From Candidatus Latescibacterota bacterium (GTDB lineage Bacteria; Latescibacterota; CBDEFO01), in the NCBI GenBank assembly GCA_965237525.1, contig CBDEFO010000006.1, forward strand, positions 320,001 to 384,000: DNA of 64,000 bases. The letters are read 5' to 3'. Position 1 is the stretch's first letter; the number at the start of each line of letters is the position of its first letter. Below are positions 39,785 to 50,153 of the stretch, one piece after another. A program made the position numbers and the translations under genes. Below the pieces are notes generated by a model, which saw only the letters and a list, made by a program, of their open reading frames with translations, searched no databases and was not told the origin of the DNA.

Positions 39785-40300
39785 TGAAGATTTCTCAGTG
39801 CCTGTGATTCTGAACGGTCGCATTGTCTGGGAAAGTTTTCCCACATCAGGCAAGCTCGAAGCTTCTATGAAAGCAACTTAAATCAAATGTAATACCAAAT
39901 TCTATTTAAGATGCTGCTAAGTCTCCCGGCCCAAGGGCGAGTGGACCCCCGATAAAGTCATTCGGGGGCAGGCCTCGCCCCTGCATTGTATCATCGAGAT
40001 CGGTTCCTCCCGATCCCCCCCGATAGATTCAATCGGGGGTAGAATCAATCGGGGATTCATTCGGGAGCGCTCGCAATGACAGAGCCCGACTTAGGTCATT
40101 GTGAGGTGGATGAAATCCCCCGAAGCAATCTTTCCCTCTGCTTATCGGGCGGAGAACGCTCATGCCATATCAGACAGTGCTCATCCGTGAGTGGAGAGTG
40201 TCTTTGGGACTCTGTCGCCGATTTCTTTTGAATTGGGAAAGGTACCTGCACCTCATCGGAATTCCCAATAGAGTTTTTTAGAGTTTCTTCATTTTTTTTC

Positions 40301-40329
40301 TTGACATCTGAACTGTTGAATACTATTAT
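40301..40329 (+). promoter_or_regulatory. Putative sigma70 promoter of the TSCPD gene
   Basis: TTGACA-17 bp-TATTAT. Confidence 0.6.
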
Positions 40330-40415
40330 TGTGTATAGTATATGCTAATCAGTGACGTGGCAATTGACATAGCTTCCTTTCGAAGCGGAGGATAAAAGAG
40401 GAGAAGGAGGTAACT

Positions 40416-40832
40416 ATGGAGTACGCACATATCAGGAGGAGGCTTCCCCACGAGCGGAATGCGATCACGCACAAGTTCAGTGTGGGCGGACACGAAGGGT
40501 ACATCACTGTGGGGATGTACGAGGACGGATCTCCCGGGGAGATATTCTTACTGGGAGCAAAGGAGGGCTCCGTAGTATCGGGTCTTATGACTTCCTTTGC
40601 GACGGCGATCTCAATAGCGCTTCAGTACGGGGTTCCTTTGAAGATGTTGGTGGACAAGTTCAGCCACATGCGCTTTGATCCTGCGGGCTTTACTAACAAC
40701 CCTGACATCCCGATGGCAGAGTCTATTATAGATTATATCTTCAGATGGTTGGGGAAAAAGTTCCTGCCCCAAGAAGATCAGAAGCCGGGCGATAACGGGA
40801 AGAATACCGCATCCAATCTCTTGCGCGAATAG
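40416..40832 (+). CDS. TSCPD-domain protein (C-terminal part of class II ribonucleotide reductase NrdJ)
   Basis: RRRLP.ER.AITHKFSVGGHEGYITVG.YEDGSPGEIF, SIALQYGVP, SIIDYIFRWL; strong RBS. Confidence 0.85.
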   Translation: MEYAHIRRRLPHERNAITHKFSVGGHEGYITVGMYEDGSPGEIFLLGAKEGSVVSGLMTSFATAISIALQYGVPLKMLVDKFSHMRFDPAGFTNNPDIPMAESIIDYIFRWLGKKFLPQEDQKPGDNGKNTASNLLRE

Positions 40833-40860
40833 AACGGGATGACGATGAAAAAAAGTTGAG

Positions 40861-40989
40861 ATGCGTGGAAAGCAGGTGTTACTGACTCTGGCCGACGCCC
40901 TTGCCTGCTACGAGTGCGGGGCGAAAATGGTCAGGAACGGATCTTGCTCTAAATGCCTTAACTGCGGGGCTACGAACAGCTGTTCGTAG
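40861..40989 (+). CDS. NrdJ-type C-terminal zinc ribbon, out of frame with the TSCPD ORF
   Basis: DALACYECGAKMVRNGSCSKCLNCGATNSCS*. Confidence 0.65.
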   Translation: MRGKQVLLTLADALACYECGAKMVRNGSCSKCLNCGATNSCS

Positions 40990-41502
40990 GAACAGCAGGC
41001 GGTATGTAGGGGCGAGGAGCCATGGGCGCTTTGTTGGGGAGCCACAAGCCACGAAGTGGTCACCCCAAGGTCAGACACACGTCCCCGATAGAAGCAATCT
41101 CGTTTTTTAATATACAGAATGTAGGGGCGAGGCCTGCCCCCGAATGATTGATCCCCGACCCCCGATCCAGTCGGGGGCTCAATCGGGGAGGGTCCACTCG
41201 CCCGCAGGGGCACTGGTCTGTGTAGGGGCGAACCCACGTGTTCGCCCAGTAGTCAGCAGACAGAGGTAACCCCCTACTCAAAGGGGACATATTTGGATCT
41301 CTTAAAGTAGCCGAGGAGACTGCTTCTGGGCAGAAGGTACTGTTTGCCCGGCTTATAGGCTGTGACCAATCCGAAGTGTATTAACTAACGCAGGTGCCTA
41401 CCCTCCCTGACTGCCAGCAGGCAATTTTGTGATTGATATCCTCGGGGAAGTTTGTATCGTCCGGGGGAAGAATCGGAAGTTGTTCAGTAAGTTTTTCCTG
41501 TA

Positions 41503-42771
41503 ATGTCCATGCATCGTAAAATATTACACTTTGATCTGGATGCCTTTTTCTGCGCTGTGGAAGAGCAGCGCGATCCGTCCCTTAAGGGTGTGGCCTTCGC
41601 TGTAGGTGCACAGCCGCATAGCCGAGGGATTGTTGCTTCCTGCTCGTATGCAGCTCGAAAGTTCGGTATACGCTCAGGGATACCGATGGCTCAAGCTGTC
41701 AAATTGTGTCCAGGGTTAGTAATCGTTCCCCGGCGACACCTCATATATGGGAAAACCTCCGAACAGTGTATGGAGCACCTCTATGCATTGACGCCTGTTG
41801 TTGAGAAATTCTCGGTAGATGAAGCGTTTCTGGATTTAACACATAGCGCAGAGCCGGCAGGAGTGTTAGCTCGGAAATTACAGACCTCAATCCGGGACAA
41901 CATGGGATTACCATGTTCATTGGGCGTTGCTACCAACAAGATAGTTGCAAAGATCGCTAACAATGTCGGTAAAGCATCGGTTCAGACGGACGGTCCGCAG
42001 GGAATGGTCGAACCACCCAATGCCATTACGGTGGTGCCGCCTGGTAAGGAGGCGGCCTTCCTTGCACCTCTTCCAATCAGTGCGCTGTGGGGGGTCGGAA
42101 CAAAAACAGCCCGTTACCTGCGAAAACTTGGGGTCCGCACAATAGGGGATCTTGCCAGATGGCCTGAGGAATACCTCGGTCGCCGTTTCGGGGTGAACGG
42201 GTGGAGGTTAGCGCTCTATGCTAGAGGCATTGACGACAGCCCGGTTGAAACCATAAGGGAAGAAAAGTCCATGAGCAAGGAGACGACCTTCTCACACGAC
42301 GTTCCTGACAGGGATATACTGCAGGGAACTCTCTTTGTCTTGTCTGAGGTAGTGGGAAGGAGACTTAGATGGAAGGGCGTAAGTTGCCGTAAAGTAATGT
42401 TGAAGTTGCGCTGGCCCGATTTTACAACCTTAACGCGGCAAGTTGCATTGAGAGATCCAACCGATCTGGACTACAGGATTTACAATGAGGCGATGGCTCT
42501 CTTTGAACAGCTATGGCGTCCGGGACAGGCGGTGCGACTCTTGGGTGTAGGTGCCAGCAACCTGAGCCCTGCCGCCCGACAGTTGTGCTTGTGGAATAAG
42601 GAAACTGAAAAAAAGGAACGCTTTCAAGGAGCAGTAGACTCTCTGCGAGAGCGATTTGGATACCAAGCGGTGAGATCGGGAAGAGACATACTGAGGGAGA
42701 GAAACTCACCCTCAATGTCAGATCTGGATATTTCACGTTCACTGTCCGATTCAGAGGCGTCTCAAGATTAA
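41503..42771 (+). CDS. dinB: DNA polymerase IV
   Basis: HFDLDAFF, SCSYAARKFG, SVDEAFLD, LWGVG, VRLLGVG; QLCLW clamp-like motif. Confidence 0.95.
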   Translation: MSMHRKILHFDLDAFFCAVEEQRDPSLKGVAFAVGAQPHSRGIVASCSYAARKFGIRSGIPMAQAVKLCPGLVIVPRRHLIYGKTSEQCMEHLYALTPVVEKFSVDEAFLDLTHSAEPAGVLARKLQTSIRDNMGLPCSLGVATNKIVAKIANNVGKASVQTDGPQGMVEPPNAITVVPPGKEAAFLAPLPISALWGVGTKTARYLRKLGVRTIGDLARWPEEYLGRRFGVNGWRLALYARGIDDSPVETIREEKSMSKETTFSHDVPDRDILQGTLFVLSEVVGRRLRWKGVSCRKVMLKLRWPDFTTLTRQVALRDPTDLDYRIYNEAMALFEQLWRPGQAVRLLGVGASNLSPAARQLCLWNKETEKKERFQGAVDSLRERFGYQAVRSGRDILRERNSPSMSDLDISRSLSDSEASQD

Positions 42772-43216
42772 CGTGCTGTTCCTCGACAGCATACCGGGGT
42801 GGGAGGAGTTTCCCTGTCTACTCTCTTCCGGGCAGGTCTGCCCTTGCCTTTCCCTGTCTACTGTCTACTGTTTACCGGTTGAATATCAAATGAAATCGGT
42901 GCACCTAATTTGATCTTTGTTTAGAGTATTAGTAGATTAAGTTGAGTTGATTGTCTTAACTTTAATCTACGGAGTCCTATGGACAAAGAGAGATTGGCCG
43001 TATTAAGACAAGAAGTCAACGAGATGTATTTTAAGAAAGAAATGTCAAAGCGAGAAGTTATCAAACAAGCGAGAGTTTCCAATGATTTCGTTACGGCTTG
43101 GACTAAATCTCCGGATCAGGATTTTGCCATAGATAATCGGGGTTGGCCAAAAGGAAAAAGGCGAAAATTGGCTAAAGTTGACGAACAGAGAATCAAAGAG
43201 ATTTACCATAGCTTAG

Positions 43217-44735
43217 AAGCCTTGTGAAATAGTTATGTCCCAGGCAGCGTCTGAAGCGCCGATTATGGGTCAAAGAGTAGCATATCGTATCGTTTTGCTG
43301 TGGAATAAGCAAAATAGTCTTATCAGAGTTCTGGTCAGCAAGGAATAGGAGCTGTTTGAAGAACAGGATGCACTGTCTTTGACAGACAGGGCACACATAG
43401 ACGCTTTCCCCCTTCTTATGAAAGATACAAGCCTCTTGAGATTCTGTACTGTTGCAACAAGATTCAACTGTTCATTCAGTGAGGCTGGTCCTCTGTAACG
43501 GGCTCGTCCCATACCGTGTTGTTGCCTGGCTTCAGCAAAGATATGTTCACTGCGTTTACGGAGTCTCCGGGAGAGTTTGTAGTCAGCTGTTAATGAGATA
43601 GACCGTGCATGATTTCTGGCTTTCGCCTCTCGCACTTTTCTATCCCGTTCGGCCTGAATATGTGCTGAATTTGTCTTGTTTTTCCATGTAGGAATCGGTT
43701 CAATCTTCTCATCGGCTCGCAGAGGAATATGGGGTATGATTCCCCGGTCAAGTACATCAGCGATAAAATTACCAGAACCGTAACCGGTATCGGCACTAAG
43801 TGTCTGAATGTCTTTGGGCATGGTGTATGTTTCAAGGTCATCTACCATCTTAAGGGCACTTTCGGGCTCTGCTGTCCCTGTCGCCTGCGTGCCCTGAGTC
43901 TCAAGGATTACTCTGCTTTTTGTGTCGATCAGATCATGGCCCATAAACGAGAGAAAAGCCCCTTTGCCCTTCGATTTGCTGTATAAGCGCGCGTCGGGGT
44001 CTGTAGTCGAACGGTGTGTTTGGTTCGTCCACTTTTCACCATGAAAGTCTTTATCCTGAGGATGCCCGGACCTACCCTTTGTCTTATCACCTTCAAAACC
44101 GATTCCCTTGAGATAATCATCAAGAGAAACAGGGGGTTCTATCGGCTCAATACTTTTCACTGAAGCATCAGCTTGTATCTGAGTGCCGTCGACACTAAGG
44201 TGTTTACCGCTTACAAGACCGACATCTATGCAACACTGGACTACCTGACGCATTATCCGTTCAAACAACCCACTGGATGCCCACTTGTGATTGCGAAGCT
44301 TGTTGATCGTGCTCCTATCCGGAACCGCATCATCAAATGTCTGATGACAAAACAACCGATATGCCGCATGCATCCCCACTTCCTGACAGAGCCGATTCTC
44401 ACTCAAATTATACAGATAGCCAATAAGGATCATTCGAACAACTAATTCAGGATCAATACCGGGTCTGCCATTGTCAGGGCAATAACAATCTGATACAACG
44501 TCTCGTACAAATGAAAAATCAACTGCCTCATCAATCTGACGAAGGATATGATCCTCGGGAACTAAATCCTCCATCTGAAAATAGTGAAACATCGGATTTG
44601 TCTGTTCCTGCTCTTGTGGGGTCATTGTTTCCTCCATGTATAATATTATCAATAACATAATATAATACATCGGAACTGCTTTATCAATGCTTGTTCTATA
44701 CTACTTTCTGAATCTAAGGGTTTTTCACAAGGCTT
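43217..44735 (-). mobile_element. IS1182-family element, copy 2 (transposase 43270-44670)
   Basis: 13-bp IRs; TTAG at 43213-43216 and 44736-44739. Confidence 0.92.
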
Positions 44736-44739
44736 TTAG

Positions 44740-46258
44740 AAGCCTTGTGAAATAGTTATGTCCCAGGCAGCGTCTGAAGCGCCGATTATGGGTCAAAGAG
44801 TAGCATATCGTATCGTTTTGCTGTGGAATAAGCAAAATAGTCTTATCAGAGTTCTGGTCAGCAAGGAACAGGAGCTGTTTGAAGAACAGGATGCACTGTC
44901 TTTGACAGACAGGGCACACATAGACGCTTTCCCCCTTCTTATGAAAGATACAAGCCTCTTGAGATTCTGTGCTGTTGCAACAAGATTCAACTGTTCATTC
45001 AGTGAGGCTGGTCCTCTGTAACGGGCTCGTCCCATACCGTGTTGTTGCCTGGCTTCAGCAAAGATATGTTCACTGCGTTTACGGAGTCTCCGGGAGAGTT
45101 TGTAGTCAGCTGTTAATGAGATAGACCGTGCATGATTTCTGGCTTTCGCCTCTCGCACTTTTCTATCCCGTTCGGCCTGAATATGTGCTGAATTTGTCTT
45201 GTTTTTCCATGTAGGAATCGGTTCAATCTTCTCATCGGCTCGCAGAGGAATATGGGGTATGATTCCCCGGTCAAGTACATCAGCGATAAAATTACCAGAA
45301 CCGTAACCGGTATCGGCACTAAGTGTCTGAATGTCTTTGGGCATGGTGTATGTTTCAAGGTCATCTACCATCTTAAGGGCACTTTCGGGCTCTGCTGTCC
45401 CTGTCGCCTGCGTGCCCTGAGTCTCAAGGATTACTCTGCTTTTTGTGTCGATCAGATCATGGCCCATAAACGAGAGAAAAGCCCCTTTGCCCTTCGATTT
45501 GCTGTATAAGCGCGCGTCGGGGTCTGTAGTCGAACGGTGTGTTTGGTTCGTCCACTTTTCACCATGAAAGTCTTTATCCTGAGGATGCCCGGACCTACCC
45601 TTTGTCTTATCACCTTCAAAACCGATTCCCTTGAGATAATCATCAAGAGAAACAGGGGGTTCTATCGGCTCAATACTTTTCACTGAAGCATCAGCTTGTA
45701 TCTGAATGCCGTCGACACTAAGGTGTTTACCGCTCACAAGACCGACATCTATGCAACACTGGACTACCTGACGCATTATCCGTTCAAACAACCCACTGGA
45801 TGCCCACTTGTGATTGCGAAGCTTGTTGATCGTGCTCCTATCCGGAACCGCATCATCAAATGTCTGATGACAAAACAACCGATATGCCGCATGCATCCCC
45901 ACTTCCTGACAGAGCCGATTCTCACTCAAATTATACAGATAGCCAATAAGGATCATTCGAACAACTAATTCAGGATCAATACCGGGTCTGCCATTGTCAG
46001 GGCAATAACAATCTGATACAACGTCTCGTACAAATGAAAAATCAACTGCCTCATCAATCTGACGAAGGATATGATCCTCGGGAACTAAATCCTCCATCTG
46101 AAAATAGTGAAACATCGGATTTGTCTGTTCCTGCTCTTGTGGGGTCATTGTTTCCTCCATGTATAATATTATCAATAACATAATATAATACATCGGAGCT
46201 GCTTTATCAATGCTTGTTCTATACTACTTTCTGAATCTAAGGGTTTTTCACAAGGCTT
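44740..46258 (-). mobile_element. IS1182-family element, copy 3 (transposase 44793-46193)
   Basis: 13-bp IRs; TTAG at 44736-44739 and 46259-46262. Confidence 0.92.
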
Positions 46259-47244
46259 TTAGAGGACGATCCTTATCAGTTCTATTCAGGAGCCACTGTT
46301 ATTGAACAAGAATGGAGGAATCGATATTCTAGCACCCCTCCTCCGTCGTTGCCGACTATCGGCAGAATGCTTTCAGATTTAGGACTTTCCCAGAGAAGGA
46401 AGAAAGGTAAAAACAAGGGTGCATCTCGTTATCTTTGTTATCCAGAGTATACCATTTACTATCTTTTAGGAGGCAGAGTCCTAGAATCAGACTTTATTGG
46501 TAAAAAGTATCTTACCGGCAGAACTGAGCCGGTCAACTTCGTTGGATTTTCCTTTAAGAAAGAGCCTAAGTTAAGGTATTTTCGGCGGGTTGACGGTCAA
46601 ACAGCAACTAACTTTATCGAGAAGTGTCAGTCTTTCTTTGACAGGTTTGAAAAACCAGATTTCGTTAAGGTGGACAATTGCTCGGCGACTATTGGCAGTG
46701 TTTCAGGTAAAAGGAATGTCAGCAAAGCAATGCAGTTTCTCTTGAAAAATCAAGTGATTCCGATATTTGCCGTTCCCAGAAGGCCCTTTTCTCAAGCATC
46801 TATAGAAGGCAACAATTCTGTATTTTCAAGGAAGTTCTGGAACAGAATTCAGTTCAAAAGCTTACAAGAAGTTGATCAGAAGTTAGAATGGTTTAATCTT
46901 TCATCACAGAGATACACCGGCTACCGTCCACCTAAGCAAGAGAAGTCAAACGAGAAAGATTTCATTCCCAAGACCTATTTTATCAGACAAGTCAAACAGG
47001 ACACAGAACAGACAGATAAAGCCTTTATCGATGTCCTAAATGAGAAAGTATCTCTTCCCTCCTCTTACACCAACTACTTTGTCCTGGCTGAATGGAACCT
47101 AAAAGAAGAACAATTATACATCCATTTTGAAAAAGAACAGAAACCAAAGATTGTCGAAAACCTATCATTCAAGATCAATCAAAGATCGAAAGAGAAGTGC
47201 ACCGATTTCATTTGATAAATAACCTCTACTGTCTACTTATCTTG

Positions 47245-47964
47245 TCAGACCCTCCCGTAGACGGGGATCGAAGCGCCATTTATGTCCTTCGATGCGTCTG
47301 ATGACAAGAACAGGAGAACACGAGCGAGGTCTTCCGGTTTGACCCACTTATCGAAATCGGCCTTCGGCATAGATCTTCTATTCTGTACTGTGTCTATAAT
47401 GCTGGGCATAACGCAGTTTGCGGTAACGCCGCTGTCTTTGACCTCATCAGCTATGGTTCTGACCAACGTTATAATTCCCACCTTAGCCACAGAGTAAGCC
47501 GAAGCTCCGGCAAATGGCTGTTCTGCCGCTTTAGATGAAATCATCGTGATCCTGCCGCTTTCTTGCCCTATCATTGTCGGTAAAACTGTGTTTGCGCACA
47601 GGAAGGCCGACTTCAGATTCAGATTCAACATACTATCCCAATCATCCTGTGACATCTCTGCCACAGGATTATCCCCTCTGAAGCCCCCCACTAAATGCAC
47701 AAGTGCATCTATCCTCCCGAACTTATCCAGGACCTCCTCTACCATCTCCAGTACACTTTCCCGAGACAGCACATCTACCTTCACAATCAGAGGCTGATTT
47801 TCCATATGCTCAAGCCTGGAACGCAAATCCACTGCCTCTTCATCTATGATATATGTCACTACAGTTTTAGCTCCAGAATCTAAGAAGGCCTCAGTTACCG
47901 CCTTTCCCAAATTGCCCGTCCCTCCCGTTATTATAACAACTCTATCTTTAAGATCCATTAGCAT
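47245..47964 (-). CDS. Short-chain dehydrogenase/reductase
   Basis: TGGTGNLG, YSVAK (YxxxK), PSIIDT. Confidence 0.92.
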   Translation of the reverse strand: MLMDLKDRVVIITGGTGNLGKAVTEAFLDSGAKTVVTYIIDEEAVDLRSRLEHMENQPLIVKVDVLSRESVLEMVEEVLDKFGRIDALVHLVGGFRGDNPVAEMSQDDWDSMLNLNLKSAFLCANTVLPTMIGQESGRITMISSKAAEQPFAGASAYSVAKVGIITLVRTIADEVKDSGVTANCVMPSIIDTVQNRRSMPKADFDKWVKPEDLARVLLFLSSDASKDINGASIPVYGRV

Positions 47965-48343
47965 CCCCCTGTAGATTAGGAAAGAGTAGGTAGTAAACAG
48001 GGGTACTATCTACCACCTCACCAGATTGCTTCGGGGCATTTCATGCCCCTGGCAATGACTGAAGAACAGGTAGCTGTCATTGCCAAACCCCGATTGAGTC
48101 TACCCCCGATTGAATCTATCGGGGGGGATCGGGGGAAGGCCACGAGCCTTTAGCCCAGAGCGAAGCGAAGGGTCTTAGAAGCAATCTGGCTGTATAGCGT
48201 CTATTTAAGTGTATTACGATCAAGATAGCAATAATGTGGGGATGATACAACTACTTTTTTGCTCCCCACAGGAACTTTGTAACTCTGCCAAATAATTTCT
48301 TGACTGAAAGCAGTGTTTTGCTATATTCTTCTGACCTTTTGAA

Positions 48344-49399
48344 TTGGAGCATACGATTTTCAACAAGGTGATCCAATTGAAGACTAAAGTAGCCATAGTA
48401 GGGGCAAGCGGAATTGGAAAGCACCACGCAAAGTGGTACAACTTGGTCGAATGTGATGTGGTCGCCTTTGTGGGCACATCCCGAAGGAGCACACAGAATA
48501 CGGCGTCCGTACTCCATGATCTCTTCGGCTTCCAGGGAGTGGCTTACTGGGATGTAGATGAGATGTTAAATGACCAGAAGCCCGACATAGTAGGGGTCTG
48601 TTCCCCCTATCGTCTACATAAAGAACATACTCTCAAGAGCCTGGAAGCTGGGGCTTGTGTCCTCTGTGAAAAACCGCTGACCTGGGATCGGAACAAGTCG
48701 TTTGAACAGATACTCTCAGACGGAGAGGAGATGGTAAGATCAGCAGAGGAAAAGGCTTTGACTGTAGGCGTCTCCACACAGTATGTCGCTCTTCCCCGAA
48801 ACTATAAAGAGATATATGAAAGAGAAGTGGGAAACCTTGAAAATATAGAAAGATTCTATGTAGAATTAGAGTCAAGGGGAGACACTGTAAGCTGCAGTTA
48901 TGAAGATATACTCGTTGACCTTATGCCGCATGCTTTGAGCCTATTGCTGACGCTCATGCCCGACGGCAAGATAGATCCGCAGACGCTAAGCTGTACGGTA
49001 AAAAGGACTGAGAGTATCATAGAATTTGACTGGGTCGGACCTCAAGGTGGTGCGACCACTGCGAATCATGCGACCAGCCCGTGGCGCTGCTCTGTTGAGA
49101 TTATGCTCAGAAAGAGTATGCTCAGAAATAGAACAGATGGCGAACTCAGGAGAAAGTTCGGCGTCAATGGATTCATCGTGGATATAGGAGCGAAAGATGT
49201 GGGCGGAGTCTATAAATCAGTCTTGAATTATGGGGGAAAGGATGAGGTATTCGACGACCTTTTGCACATGCTGATCTTTGATTTCGTAAAGTCTGTCACA
49301 ACAGAAGAGCCAGAAATACCCTCAGTTGGCGAAAGAGCGCTGAAGAATATGAGACTTCAGGTGGAGATACTCCGATCAAAATTAGGAGATGGAACCTAG
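48344..49399 (+). CDS. Gfo/Idh/MocA oxidoreductase
   Basis: VAIVGASGIG, VLCEKPL, DLMPH; start uncertain. Confidence 0.85.
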   Translation: MEHTIFNKVIQLKTKVAIVGASGIGKHHAKWYNLVECDVVAFVGTSRRSTQNTASVLHDLFGFQGVAYWDVDEMLNDQKPDIVGVCSPYRLHKEHTLKSLEAGACVLCEKPLTWDRNKSFEQILSDGEEMVRSAEEKALTVGVSTQYVALPRNYKEIYEREVGNLENIERFYVELESRGDTVSCSYEDILVDLMPHALSLLLTLMPDGKIDPQTLSCTVKRTESIIEFDWVGPQGGATTANHATSPWRCSVEIMLRKSMLRNRTDGELRRKFGVNGFIVDIGAKDVGGVYKSVLNYGGKDEVFDDLLHMLIFDFVKSVTTEEPEIPSVGERALKNMRLQVEILRSKLGDGT

Positions 49400-49654
49400 G
49401 GGCGAGGGCCACTTGCCCAGTACACATCCAAGCTTCTCCCCTCACGGGACGCTTTCTACAAGATTGCTTCCCCCCGACCCCCCCGATAGATTCAATCGGG
49501 GGTTCAATCGGTTGCGCTTGCAATGGCTAAAGGCGGATGCTCTCTTCCTTAATATGAGGTGCCAAAGCTCCGAAAAGACGCGAAGCGGAACCAATCTCTT
49601 CTGCTTTATGGTTAATAACCCTTAATGTCTAAATGTTATCTCAAGGCAAAGTAT

Positions 49655-50152
49655 ATGATAAGCCAATACAATTTTTGCCCCGAATGCGGAGGCAAGATGC
49701 AAAAAGGGACGATAGCGGGGGTAGAACGACCCGTCTACAAGCTCTGCGGCGGCACAGTCTACCTTGATCCCAAGGTCGCATCGTGCGCCCTCGTTGAGGA
49801 TGACGGAGAAATTATCCTGGTAAGGCGCGGTATAGAACCTGCGCTGGGAAAGTGGACGTTCCCCGGAGGATACATCGACAGAGGAGAAGGTACCGAAAAC
49901 GCCGCAATCAGACAGACGAAGGAAGAAGCAAATATAGACGTTCGGATAACGTCTCTTTTAGGAGTGTACTCCTATCCCAACAATCCAGTTGTCGTTATCG
50001 TTTATATTGCTGAAGCTGTAGGAGGCAATATCGAAGCAGGGCCTGAGTGTCTGGAGATCAGAAAGTTCCAGCCTGCCAATGTGCCCTGGGATCAGATAGC
50101 CTTCAAGAGCACCGAGCAGGCTCTCTTGGATTGGATTAAATTGAGGAGATAA
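49655..50152 (+). CDS. NUDIX hydrolase with N-terminal zinc ribbon (possibly degenerate)
   Basis: FCPECG; PGGYIDRGE...AAIRQTKEEAN has RE changed to RQ and the second CxxC is altered. Confidence 0.78.
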   Translation: MISQYNFCPECGGKMQKGTIAGVERPVYKLCGGTVYLDPKVASCALVEDDGEIILVRRGIEPALGKWTFPGGYIDRGEGTENAAIRQTKEEANIDVRITSLLGVYSYPNNPVVVIVYIAEAVGGNIEAGPECLEIRKFQPANVPWDQIAFKSTEQALLDWIKLRR

Positions 50153-50153
50153 A

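Larger units (their letters stand above)
42876..47225 (+). mobile_element. 1304-bp rve-type IS, copy 3, interrupted by two tandem IS1182 copies (flanks TTAC / CTAC)
   Basis: IRs at both ends; transposase split into 42979-43216 and 46263-47215. Confidence 0.9.

Noticed and set aside
40140..40260. SAM or cobalamin riboswitch upstream of the NrdJ-like gene
   Set aside because: CTTATC is present but the remaining conserved cores are missing, and the region is upstream of the predicted promoter.
49389..49625. 78-aa ORF, and similar ORFs at 17592-17813, 36773-37051 and 40908-41237
   Set aside because: They are translations of repeat and palindrome clusters with no protein-like motifs.
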